From Fistulifera solaris (lineage: Eukaryota): a DNA stretch of 64,000 nt. A program made the position numbers and the translations under genes. The DNA lies in contig AP026152.1 of NCBI GenBank assembly GCA_030295235.1, positions 310,001 through 374,000 of the forward strand, written 5' to 3'. Position 1 is the stretch's first letter; each line of letters opens with the position of its first letter. A model generated the notes under the pieces. That model ran no database searches, had not been told where the DNA came from, and saw only the letters and a program-made list of their open reading frames with translations. This document shows, in pieces, positions 38,526 through 50,393 of the stretch.

Positions 38526-39223
38526 CTAGTAATTTTCGACAATCTCTTCCACCTCTTTCATCCAAGCATCCCATTGATCGCTTCTCGTGCTACAAACGTC
38601 GTACAGAGGCATGCTTTGCAGAGCATATAGCAGGGGGAGGATTCGAGAAGACACTCTTTGCGACGCACAAGGTGGTATAGTCGCAAGCGCCATCCTTGCA
38701 CCTAGCACAACTCAAGAGTTTTGCTGTTCTGTACCGTAAAGAATAAAATTGCCGGCACAATGTTAGTGCTTTGACGTATCGTTCCGCACCCAACTTGGAC
38801 TTCAGGGCGTTTCTTCGTTTCGACATGGAACACAGTTTTCCCGTTTCTTTCCGATCTTTGCAGCTTAAGGAAAACATGAGATGTTTTAGACAGTCTTGAA
38901 GCTTGGTTGCATCCTCAAGGTCTTCAAAGTGCTTTATCGCTCGTTGTTGATGAAGTAGACGCTCAATGCGTGCTGCATTTTGAGAGATTACTGTTGGCAA
39001 CATGCTCGGATACTTCGTATAAAAGAGTTTTTGCCTGTCACAGTGCAGATAAGGAATCATTTCTTACATGAAGTAGCAATTGCCGAAAAACTTACAATTC
39101 GAGGCGGACGAGGTCACGTGAATCGGCTGTCGACGACACCGAACTTAGCAAAGGACGAAGTTCCGACTGATTTGATTGAAGAGACTTCGCTGTGAAGCTT
39201 TGTTTGGGTTCTGTGGAATTCAT
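38526..39223 (-). CDS. KIX-like domain + CxxC protein, paralogue B; intron 39035..39095
   Basis: ATG at 39223. Splicing gives SRDLVRLEL|QKLF...NAARIERLL, LKSKLGAERYVKAL, CARCKDGAC. Frameshift near 38640-38670 leads to DQWDAWMKEVEEIVENY*. Confidence 0.65.
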
Positions 39224-39795
39224 GGCATGAAAATAAAAGGAGTAATGAGTAAATGGTTGGTATTTTTTTGTAATCTAGTCTATTCACCAAGAACAAAAAG
39301 TGTGCACAGTCACACTTTATAAGCCTTCCATCTTTTCATAGGCCATTGTCATTATTTCGAGATGTCACGTTTCGGATGAATTTTTGGAAACTGGTACAGT
39401 TACTGCATATTGTGCGTGTTCTTCATCACCTGCTTTTCTTTCCGTTCAGATGTCATGTCACTCGGTTGTTAGTGTACTATACAAGGAATGACTCTACATT
39501 TTTGAGTAGGTGATATTGAAGTTTGGAAATTATTGCTTTATGGTTGGCTTTATGCGCAAAGGGAACACGGTGGGACATCCCAAGAACGCCATGCCAGGCG
39601 CCATGCGCCAGGCGCCAGGTCAGATTTTGTTGTTTGATGTTGTCTTGCTTTTGGTTTTCGAAGGAACACGCATGAACATGAAAGACGCCGCAGAGAGCGC
39701 CGCTAAGCTTGCCGATAAGCCAATCAATTAACCAAAAGGGGTCGATCAACTTACAACAACTCATTCTATTCCATTAAAATTGAGAATTAGAAACC

Positions 39796-40556
39796 ATGAC
39801 AGTCCCTAAACTTACTCTGACTTATTTCGACATCGAAGGCCGAGGGGAACCAATGTAAGTACAAGGGAATTCGTTTTCGAAGTTTCCGGAGTAATGTTTT
39901 CAAAGCTGATGCTACTCTTTTTCAGTCGTCTCTGCCTGGCGCTTGCAGGAATTCCCTTCGAAGACGAGAGGGTTGCTTTTTCCGACTGGAAGGAAATGAA
40001 GCCGAAGGCTCCCTTCGGTCAACTTCCTTATCTCAAAGTCGACAAAGAAGATGGCTCGGAACCCGTCTTTCGTACGCAAAGTTTGGGAATCCTCCGAGGA
40101 CTTGCTCGTGAATACGCACCTGATCTCTATCTCGATGTATTTGCAGTTGAGGAAGCCATGGGAATTGTGGACGATATGATGGATAGATTCATCCCTTCCA
40201 TGTACATTTCCATGCGCCCAGCTCAGTATGGACACCCGGCAGATGTAGCGCAAACGGAAGAAGGAAAAAAGACGATCAAAGCTATGCGAGAGAGATTCGT
40301 CAACCAAGATCTTCCGGTTTATCTAAAGCAGCTTGAAACGTTATTGGCTCGTCACGACAACAAGTTTTTGGCGTCAACGGATAAGCCCTCGATTGCCGAC
40401 TGCTATGCGGTTCCTTCTTTGCGCTCGTTCACCCGAAATTATTTGGACCACATTCCTGGCAACTGTTTGGATGACCATCCTTTGATTGTGGATTACATCA
40501 AACGTTTTTGTGCGCTTCCCGAAATCCAGGGACGTTACACAACCGGCCTTTACTAA
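39796..40556 (+). CDS. Glutathione S-transferase (sigma-like); intron 39855..39925
   Basis: LTYFDIEGRGEPI|RLCL, PFGQLPYL, QSLGILR, SIADC. Confidence 0.92.
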
Positions 40557-40682
40557 AGAGATTCTTCATCAAACTTTAGCTAAGCATCGATAAAAAAAAA
40601 TAATAAAAGTCAAAAGTTTATTTACAATGCTGCCATTTTACACACTATTTGTACAGCCATAATTGACAAAGATGAATCAGCG

Positions 40683-41285
40683 TCATGTACTTCTTGGCTT
40701 TAAATTGCGCGATTCCTCGTCGGATGAATGTTGGCGTTTGACCGCCATATTGCTTTCTGGGCAGCTATAGGCACGATGAAAATCACGGATGGCCTCTTGA
40801 ACTGCCAACTCTACCGCCCAAGCCGTCACTTTCGTAGACAGTTCAGCGAGACGATCGGCGGATAGTTCTTGAGAAGCCTTTAAGATGAATTTGTTGGTGA
40901 TGAATTTCCGCCGTTGTCGTTCCAGACACGAGCGCTGTTCGAGACCGCGCGTATCGCACTTGTTTTCCATATTGTCCCACGACAGTGTGCATAAACTAAT
41001 ATTCGTAAAGCTCCGCATGTGTCGACACATGTCACGTGCCTGGGATCGAAATAACGTCAATTCATCTTGCAAGTACCAAAATTGTTCGAAATCGACACTC
41101 GATGCCGAAGTCGGGTCCGGGATAACAGCCGTCATATCCGACTGAAAGCTAACTTTTCTCGTTTCTGAGCCATCTATCCCCGAGAACGATAAGCATTTCG
41201 AGTCGTTGCGACGACGCGCTAGCTGCAAAGAGTCTCTATGATGGTTGAGTTGCTGATGCAACTCTTGCGCGAGTCCTGAGTCCAT
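40683..41285 (-). CDS. Diatom-type hypothetical protein (KVSF...WY...RGLE family)
   Basis: Intact ORF with RKVSF, FWYLQDEL, TRGLEQ, LAELS...A...A..D pattern. Confidence 0.7.
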   Translation of the reverse strand: MDSGLAQELHQQLNHHRDSLQLARRRNDSKCLSFSGIDGSETRKVSFQSDMTAVIPDPTSASSVDFEQFWYLQDELTLFRSQARDMCRHMRSFTNISLCTLSWDNMENKCDTRGLEQRSCLERQRRKFITNKFILKASQELSADRLAELSTKVTAWAVELAVQEAIRDFHRAYSCPESNMAVKRQHSSDEESRNLKPRST

Positions 41286-41909
41286 TATAGATATATAGGT
41301 TGAACTGCGACAGGTCAAACAGCGACCGCCACGTCCTTAACCTTCGAAGGAACGAGTTTAGTCGCGATATTATGCTATAGTTGCTTTGATTGTGTGTTGC
41401 AATTCCTTTACGATTCCAATGTTCTTATTCATCGTGGAGGCGCTGTCTTTTGTCTTTTGAGAGCGCTGTCGTCAACACTCGCCCCACCGCTGCACGCGAG
41501 AAAACGGGAAAACCATAACCTTCTTTGCAGGAAACGGAAAGAACACGCAACACGCGAGTACCGAGTACCGTATGCCCAAAAGAACAAGAAATCATAATAA
41601 GGCACAGGACACAGGGCAATAGTAAAAACTACTTCAAAAGTACTTGTTGTTTTATACTGAAATCGGCATATAAAGCCAATCCTGGTCTTGTGTCTTATTT
41701 GTTTCAACGGAAAACAATGACAGAAGAGAAACCCTTGCGACAAAACCCAGGATCTTCTTCATTTTCTACCAAAACAAACTTTCCGCAATCATTGCTTTCA
41801 TTCTTTCATTCCATTCAAACAACAATTCCTTTTATATCGCTATTAAGCTTTAGCTGAGAGACCGGCCGTCTGATTGTGAAGCCTTGTAAAACCGACGAAG
41901 TGTTTGAAA

Positions 41910-43504
41910 ATGGGAGTGACGGGCGGTTTGCAAAAGATTTTACCCAATGCGGCGGCCTTTCGCAAAGTGGATTTGCGATCGTTCCAAAATGGCATTCAAC
42001 ATTCCACAACCACCAAAGAACCCACACCGTTGCGCATCGGTGTGGATATTTGTGTATGGATGGTATCCGCGGACCGGAGATTTGGCAGTCAGCTCGGGGA
42101 CGACCGTCATTTTTCCAACCACGGTCGAGCCGAACTTTTGAATGCTGTCGAAACGGCAGAAAGCGAACGAGAGCGACTGGAGAAAGATCTGATGTACGTG
42201 AACAATTGCACAGATTACATTATAAGAAGATTGAATGCTTTGCGAGAACAAACGAATGTCGAAATACTGGTAGTTTTCGACGGAGCGACGCCACCCGGAA
42301 AGCAAACCGAGGTAACCGATCGTCGCAATAAACAAGCTTTGTACGAGCAACAACGAGACGAACCCGTAGATATGACTGGTTCGCGCGAAGCGGAAGAGCG
42401 AAGAATCAAAGCTTTGCGTCGAGCTGGAGCTAGCCGTCATTATGCGGGTGTTTTTACGGCTGTGATGGAAGCGCTTCGGAAAGAACGAATATCGTTTTTA
42501 GTTGCACCGTACGAAAGCGATGGCCAACTAGCATTCTTGTCCATGAAGAAGTACATCGATCTGATCGTCACAGAAGATTCAGATCTGATATGCTACGGAG
42601 CGAGCCCGATTTTGTTCAAACTGAAAGACTCGCCGATGCTAGACGGGGTCTTTGAGGGCATACTTGTTTGCAAAGAAGATTTGGCTGCTAATCAAGAGAG
42701 TGTAAACTTGCTGGACTTCTCGCCTGTCATGCTTGCAGTGTTGTTTGTCGCTGTAGGGTCGGATTACAGTCCTAAGCTGGATGGCGTTGGGTGAGTTTCC
42801 CGATAGCTTTTTTTGTGTCGTCACGGAAAGTACCATTCTGATTATTTCAAAACTCTTAGTATCGTAACAGCTTGCAAGATTGTGAGAAAAGCATTTTTGT
42901 CGGGCCACGAGGATCGATTGGCGATGGTGTTCGAAGGCCTTTTGCAGCCGCCCGAAAACTCTCCTTGACGGAAGAGGACAAGCAAGTCTACAGAAAGAAA
43001 TTCATGGAAGCACTTCTTTCGTACCGTCATCCCGTGATTTTCGATCCCGTAGAGAAGCGCTGCCGTGTTCATGGGATAGGGGATGATGGCGAAGTGAGCG
43101 AAACGGAAGCCGAACTGCTTACCCACGTGCCCTATGCTGAGCTCGTCAATGATGTAGGGCGACGGGAGCGAATCACTGGCTGTATTCAGCCGCCATCGCT
43201 TTCCATCCCTGATTGCCGAGGGGTATGTTTGCCCGAGGACGAAGAGACACGAAAGAATATGACGATTCCAAGAAATGTGAAGGCTGAACTCATCCAACTA
43301 GGGATATGGAAAGACTACAATAACCCAAAAGAAGCGGATAATGAACGACACGATTCTAGCATCTCGAGCAATCAAGTGAGTGGAATTAAGAGAAAAAGCT
43401 TGCATGATCCAAGTTCGAAGCCTGATGATGAGGATTCATCGACAGACTCTGAAGATTTCCTCGATTCTCAACCATTCTCGACCCGGCCACCAACTAATGG
43501 ATGA
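41910..43504 (+). CDS. EXO1: XPG/Rad2-family nuclease, exonuclease-1-like; intron 42791..42859
   Basis: MGVTG, GVDICVW, VFDG, APYESDGQLA, TEDSDLICYG, GSDY..LDGVG|IVTACK; later frameshifts. Confidence 0.8.
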
Positions 43505-43558
43505 ATTCTGGGCGTGTAAAAGTTATAAATCATTCCGATACAACATCTTAATCTTAAT

Positions 43559-44048
43559 TTAGACAAGATCACTGAAAGGCAGAGGCTGAATCGTTGTAAT
43601 TTCGCTGGTACCACCCGGTTGCTCCACAAAGTATCCAGCCTTAGGAAGCTTAGGAGTGCGCTTCAAATCCACCTTGACACCGGTTTTGCGCGCTTCTTCC
43701 TTTGCCGCCTCGTTCTCCTTCTTACGTCGCAGAATCTCCATTTGGCACTTGGACTTTTCTTACGTGCTCGATGCGCACATGAATGCGCTTCTCGAGAATT
43801 CGTCCGTTCACGAGCTTGTTGACACGGACACCCACAGCGGACTTGGTGACGTTGAAAACAATACCAGTGCGTCCGTGGTAACCTTTGTGGGGCATACCTT
43901 TGTGAACGGAAGGATCGGCGAAGATATCAACGTAGTCTCCCACCTTCACCGACATCAAATACTGCGAAAGATGGATCGGACCATGTTGACGAAACTTCTT
44001 CGAGAACATGTGGCGCGTGCGCGCTCGAACACCAAATGAATGCGGCAT
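43559..44048 (-). CDS. RPL21: 60S ribosomal protein L21 (eL21)
   Basis: [36 protein letters not shown]; removing one base from the T run at ~43755-43758 restores [12 protein letters not shown]. Confidence 0.95.
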
Positions 44049-44390
44049 GGTAGATTTCTTTTAGTTTATGTATAGCAACAAGACACAATGCGACCAGGCA
44101 AGAAAGCGAGAATCACACAAGGTGTTGTTGCTTCACTGCAGTTCGATCGGTCGATCATGGACCAAACGGCGGTTCGATGAAAAGTAAAGCGGTACGCGGT
44201 AAACATAACGGTGTGACATGCAAGTCGTGACTGGACGCCTGACTTAACATGATGAGTTGAAGTGACGGTCGACGACAAGACGGACTCATTAAAATTCTTC
44301 ACCATCCAAAAAATCGCGACCTCTTTTCGTATCGGCGTTCTATTTCTGTGAAAGACTTCTTCAAATTACATCCCACAACTGACATAAAAC

Positions 44391-45651
44391 ATGGAGCCAG
44401 ATACACAGAAAGTAAAAGACATGCTAGAAGCATGCTCTTCGGGGAAGTTACATGTCGTAGAAACACTACTAAAAGAAAATCCCGTCTATGCCTCGCAACA
44501 GGACATGGAAACGGGGGCATCTCCTCTCATGGCGGCAGCTACTGCGGGCAACTTGGCACTCTGTCAGTATTTATTAGAGGCCGGTGCACCCTGGAATGCC
44601 GTCGATCGCCAAGGACAGTGCGCTGGTAATTACGCAACAACCGCCGAACACTGGGCCATTGTCAATCTTCTCGTCGAATGGGGCACTCGGGCCGAGCTGA
44701 TTCTGGGTGCCATTGAGCGAACTTCACGAGACGGAAACACAAATTTACCTTCGTCAGCTCCCAATGCACGCGTGGAACATGAGCCCAGTACGAAACCGGA
44801 CTATTTGCGTCAGCGCCTGCAATATACAGAAGATGGACAAGCCTTACTCGATGCCGACAACGATGCTGTCATGATGGAATGGGAACGGCCATTGATGAAA
44901 GCACATGCTCAGGTTTTGATGGACGGACCCGGAAAACGCGTTATGAACATTGGCTTTGGTATGGGAATCATAGATTCAGCATTGCAGGAGTTGCAGCCAG
45001 AGTTGCACATTATTGTCGAGGCACATCCCGACGTCTACAAGCGTATGCTCGCGTCGGGATGGGACAAGAAACCTAACGTTCGCATATGTTTTGGAAAATG
45101 GCAAGATTGCTTGCCAAAGTTGATTGCGGAAGGTGTTGAGATGGATGGCGTCTTTTACGATACAGTAAGTGGCATTTTGAACCATTTTGAACAACACCAC
45201 GTATAACTGACGACGCACTTTTTCGATTTACAAAGTACGGCGAACATTTTCTAGACCTGGAAGATTTTCATGGACAAATGGTTCAAATTTTGTGTAAACC
45301 GCATGGTCGATATAGTTTTTCAATGGCTTGGCCCCCGATAATTTGTTCTTCCACGGCGTTGCTTGTCAGTGCGTAAAACTGCAATTAAGTCAACTTGGAC
45401 TGGACTGCGAGTTTTATCCCTGCGAGATCCAAGTCAAAGATGAAGTATGGGAGGGAATTCGGCGGAAGTATTGGCATGGTCGAGACACGTATTATTTGCC
45501 CATTGCAACGTGGAATCAGCAATTCTTGTCGTCCGGTCGACCCGAACTCTTGCCCATATTAGAGGAGGTCCGAAAGACGAGCAGAGAGACTATTCGAGAC
45601 GACGATATGGAAGTCGAGGAAGACGATGGAAAGAGACAAAAGCGTATTTGA
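44391..45651 (+). CDS. RMT2: Ankyrin-repeat + GAMT-like arginine methyltransferase (RMT2); intron 45165..45235
   Basis: Ankyrin (SPLMAAA..GAPWNAVD), VMMEWERPLM, NIGFGMGIID, IVEAHPDV, FYDT|YGEH, SFFNGL. Confidence 0.9.
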
Positions 45652-45667
45652 CATAAATCATGACTCG

Positions 45668-47320
45668 CTACCTTTGCAGAGACCGCAAGGAAGATTTGAT
45701 GGACCGCAGATCGTAAAGGATCCAGATTTGGACGGACAGAATTGCCACCAAACATAATTTCATGACGTGGTTTGAGTCGGCCACTGGAACTCGTTCACAT
45801 GCTGGATTGACGACGGCAATTTGAGCGGCAACCGGCGCCGCTTCTCCCCCAAAGACTGTGATATGTACGCCGCGTAATCGGTCAAGTAAGAGGTAACTTC
45901 CGACGTAGTTGTCTTACTGATGATTCCTTTGAACATCGTTGACTTGATAAAAGTAATGTCAAATTCCATTCTCAGCTTTATCTTTTCGTCGCCATCGGAT
46001 TTCACCATCAGTCGGTCTGTCACGTAAAAACAGTCGGCCATGGGTACATCTCGTACTATTGTTTTCGTTTCTATCATCATACCATAGTTTCCGTACCGCA
46101 TGCATTTCTGTTCTTTACTAGCATCCGCTTGTGGTGGAGCGAGTGGGATATTCATGGGGTGGGTGTAATTGATGATTCGTGTCGACTCGACGTCGCTGAC
46201 TTTCTTCCACCGCGAAGCAGAAAGAGACATATCGCCTCGACCCTCCAAATACCGTGATATGGAGTGATTCGCTTCGTCTTGAACAAAGAGGGCAAAAAAG
46301 CGATCCAGACTGCAATTTAAAGCATGGTTATCCACTATCACCGTTTTCATTTGACCCTCCTTTGTGGCTCTTTCCCATTGTTCTTTCATCGTTTCCACCT
46401 TCAAGGAGGAGTCATCCCTTTCGATGTAATCGACATCGATCATAGCCTTGGATTCTCGTAGAGGATCCGAATTCATTCTTCGGTGGGTACGATGACGCGG
46501 ACTGTCGGCTTTTCGAAGTTTTTCGTTGTGCAGAGCCACCAGCGATGTCCATACCGCCCGAACATTGGCAATCGAAGAGAATATTGTTATATGGTTATCT
46601 TTGCCGTGGACTTGGATGGTATCCTCCTGGGGACGAGCATCCAGAATCTGGATGCGAACAATATCTTCCCAACGAATCGCCAATGATCTTTTTTCCCAAA
46701 AGAAGCGTTTTCCGGAAAACAGCAAACCATTTTCACCGGCGTACAACTGTCCCGAAATTTGTTCCATCTGGCACGGCACGGGGTCTATTTGCGTCCATCC
46801 TACAATCGTTTCAATCTCCGCCGAACTTTTTTACTTTGAGCGCCGTCGTAGCTTTCACCGGATGGGCGTCGGATGGAACATTTTCCTGGATCAATGTCTG
46901 TACGTGTTGAGGAGAACTCCAAGGATCCGAATTCCTTCGTTTGTAAGTGCTAGCTCGTCTTCGTTTGAGATCGAGCAACGCATCGTTGTGCAACGACAAC
47001 AAGAGTGCCCAAAACCGATCCGGTGATTGTGTTCCGTAGAACGAATGTGACGCTTCATTTTTGCAGACCACTTCAATGCCTTGATCGGCTTTTTGCACAA
47101 GTCGAACTTGCTCCCATTCCAGTATGAGTTTACGTTCAAAGAGAAAGAACGATCCGAGAAAATAAATTCCTTTTGATCCCGCATATAATGTGCCGTTGGA
47201 TTTTTCCCACGAACAGTTGTATTCCCCAAAGATATCTCCGACAATGGATTTCATATCATAATACGCCAAGAATGTACTCGGATAACTCGTGTCCGTTGTT
47301 TCGACTTGCAGAGGAGTCAT
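45668..47320 (-). CDS. GRAM-GRAM-VASt (LAM/Aster-like) lipid-transfer protein with C-terminal TM
   Basis: Two GRAM units (GTLYAGSKGIYFLGSFFLFERK; GQLYAGENGLLFSGKRFFWEKR); VASt motif DVPMADCFYV; corrected tail LCLVAILSVQIWIL...LQR*; frameshifts near 46830 and 45845. Confidence 0.8.
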
Positions 47321-47824
47321 GGTAATAGTATTACTATTCGAAAACCAGGAGCAAAAGAGAGCATACAGCAGCAAGAGCATGAGAGAGAGAATGATAACAA
47401 GCCTCTCTTGCTTTTAGGAATTTTTTTTTCTGAGCAGCGCGTTTTCTCGTTTCGAACGATCGTCCCTGCAAATAAATGCGAGAATGCGAGCCGAAGGTTG
47501 TGCGGAGCCAGATAAGCAACTGTCACGCACAAATTCTTTTTCTACTTTCTACACTAGTGTGACATATATACCGTTATCTGCTATGGGAGAGGACGAAACG
47601 TAAAATGGAGACCTGGTTTTGTACTTAAATTCAAGAGTTAGAGACGTACAACGTACAGGCGTTAATCGAGAAAGACGATGACGGCATGAAATAACAAATG
47701 CAACAACATTTTTTAGAGGAAGCGGTGCAAAAAATCATTAATAACTGATAACCAACCAACTCAACCATTCTATTCTTCACAATTATCAAGGTATCCTAAA
47801 TCGGAGCTAGAAGTCGACGACGGC

Positions 47825-48587
47825 ATGCAGAAATATGTCATACACCCTTCATCATCACTATCTTTTAATGTTCTCTATATTGTGCTAGAACTGCTTTTCA
47901 TTGACTCCGCCTTCTCCTTTCTCATCCCCCCGAAAGCACCTTCGACGATCTGTTTGTCGTCACAGCACTGCAACGACGGAATCCCTCGAACGAACTTACG
48001 GTGGCATCGTCTATCGCACATCCGTTTTCAATAAAGAAGAATACGCCATTATCGCCGAAGATGTCGCTCGGGTTGGAACCTTGGTGGCCGAATCACCCAC
48101 GTCCATGGCGAAACGGCGACGCGGCGCAATATTACCGTCGAACAGTCGCACCGTGCAGTTGTTTCGACACGGCAGTCTTCAACAATTCGTCCAACAAATG
48201 ACCTCGTCAGACTACGAATTATCCGAAGAGGTGCCCATCGAAATTCGTTCCTACGATCAGGCCGGGGCGTGCATGGCGTGGCATTCCGATGACATATTGT
48301 ACCAAGATCCTCCGCAAGTCGAAATTATATGGACGTTGGAGAATACGTCGGATTGTCAAACGATGTGGAAAACAACGACGGGGCAAGTGAAATCCGTTGA
48401 AACGGAAAAGAATTCGGTGATTGCGTTACGCGCCGGGGGTCCCGAGCATTGTGTCACCAGTCTAAAACGGGGGAAACGCATCATTCTCAAGTGTGTCTAT
48501 GCCTCGAAAAAGGCCACCTTTGTGTCGCAAACCCAAGATGCCGCCCAATTTCAAGCCGTAAAAACAAAGAAAAAGAAGAAACGTTGA
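47825..48587 (+). CDS. 2OG-Fe(II) oxygenase, probably plastid-targeted
   Basis: Signal-like stretch ending DSA-FSF; HxD (WHSDD), distal H (EHCVT), RIILK; frameshift near the N-terminus. Confidence 0.75.
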
Positions 48588-48628
48588 GCGAGACTGTACA
48601 AAATGCTATTTCTACTATAAACAATATC

Positions 48629-49807
48629 TCAGTGGATGATTCCAATGTCAGCTGCATCCAGAATGGGTTCCATGGGATCCAGCAAGCTTTCTTTCGCCAC
48701 CTGCCTTAATTCTCGCACTAGTGTCAGTTTCCAGTCCGGCACGATTGTCCGGTCGCTTTGATAGGGTAACAGCAGGGTCTGGATGAGCCTTTTGGCATGC
48801 TGTCGACGCTGGACTTTGTGTTGCAAGACACTCAGAGGCGATTGATGTCGCAGTGATTGACGCAACTGTGCGGGAGAAAACGTGTCCATGTATCGACGTT
48901 CCAAAGCGTGTGCAATGGCGGCTCCCGCCCACGCGTCTCGCGCCGCATAATGCAACTGCCGATCGGTCAAAGGGATGCAACTCCAATTGCTGATGGTGAT
49001 TGATCGTTTCTTGGGCAAATCGATACCCAATGTGTGTCGAGCGAGTGTCTTGAGTCCTAGGGTGTTTCCTCCTCCTCGAAACACGACGGAAAGATCCAAA
49101 CGACTCCGGGCTTCCATTTTGTGCCACTGGGAACGGAGCTGTAGCAAATCCTGATCAATCCCACAACCCACTTTGACAATCGACTCATCTCGTAGCACCG
49201 CAGCGAGCAATGGTCCACAAGCTGTACTGACTTTTCCGTTCTTTCGTGCCAATTGGATCACAAGATTCGAATGCAGGGTGGAAAGTTGCACCGTGGCCGG
49301 TCCCCGAAATGTGGTTTGTCTCAGTATATGCGGAAGGATCGGCACGGACTGTCGAACAAAATCAAAGTGAGTGAGATATGAAATTCCATGAATTTCTGTT
49401 TCACAGAAGAAAGCGGAAAAAGGGGCTCAGTCGCCTGATATGTAAGACTAGGTAGGCATATACGTTTCTTTTCATTAGGGTAATACCCCAAATGCAATGT
49501 AGCTGGTAAGACATCATCACCCACAATCTCCTTTTGTAGATCCGCTTGATAAGGCCAATACGAGAACACCTACCTCCACATCGAGTCCTAAAATACAATC
49601 ACCGGAAGAAATATGATCCCCCAACCACTGGGAAACGATCTTGGGGTCATTGGTATACGTCAAAGGAAGACTTTGCGTGTATCGATTGGATGGGCCGATC
49701 GACTCCAGCTTTGGCAATTCGAGTTCTTGCGTAAAATACCGTCGATGAACCGGATAGGCCATAGTGACCGTGCACAACAGCACGGCAACGACAGAACGGA
49801 ATATCAT
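48629..49807 (-). CDS. DEDDy 3'-5' exonuclease (WRN-exo/EXD2-like) with signal peptide; intron 49349..49573
   Basis: ExoI LGLDVE, KVGCGIDQD, SNWSCIPLTDRQLHYAARDAW. Confidence 0.85.
49423..49524 (-). ncRNA. Candidate intronic box C/D snoRNA
   Basis: GTGATGA (49520-49514) and CTGA (49430-49427) span 94 nt in an unusually long intron; D box lies 78 nt from the 3' splice site; terminal stem weak, no target found. Confidence 0.35.
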
Positions 49808-50393
49808 GACTGCGTATCTTCGCCGCTCGCGACACTCAGCCACAGCTCCAAATGATTTTATTGAATGTAAAACCTTACATGCAATCAAATGTCGTTCGCC
49901 CAATTCAAAAAGCTTCTCCGCGTCACTCGGGAGTTTCGGATCGAATGAATCCTTTTTCCAAGGTGATCATGTTCCGATTCGATTCCGATGGAAAGGAACA
50001 ATGATGGATGGCATATTCCGATGATTCTTCTGTTTTTGAGGCCTTCCTCGTTGCAGCTTTTGCCAGCAGCTGCAACGAAACTTCAACCTATCGATTGCCG
50101 TTGCGACTCGAGATTCGAATTTTCATTCCCGCTTCCTCGGGTTTGATGATGTAAGCATTTTTGTTACGTCATTCATGACCGCAAAGCGTTTTCCAGATAC
50201 AGTATACGAAAGAAAGTACTCGAACCAGTGTGCATGACGTGTTCCGCTCCACTCTTTCTGTATCCTTCAACGTGGCACGGAATACTGCAGGAGCGAGATT
50301 CGTTTTCGACGTCTCTAAACACTTTTGGATGTTGCTGTTCGAAAAACACTTTTGAGAGAGGTTGTTAGCCTTTAGCAACCTGACAAAGAAACA

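Noticed and set aside
37854..39060. CxxC proteins as possible TnpB/Fanzor-like nucleases
   Set aside because: Too short, no RuvC acidic motifs, no element ends around them; intron-containing host-like genes
39588..39619. Imperfect tandem GCCATG(C)GCCAGGC repeat upstream of GST
   Set aside because: Two to three degenerate units, no spacers; not CRISPR-like
50048..50078. 11-bp stem hairpin TCGTTGCAGCT/AGCTGCAACGA between divergent genes
   Set aside because: Real but short; no family features, and not a terminator in this eukaryotic context
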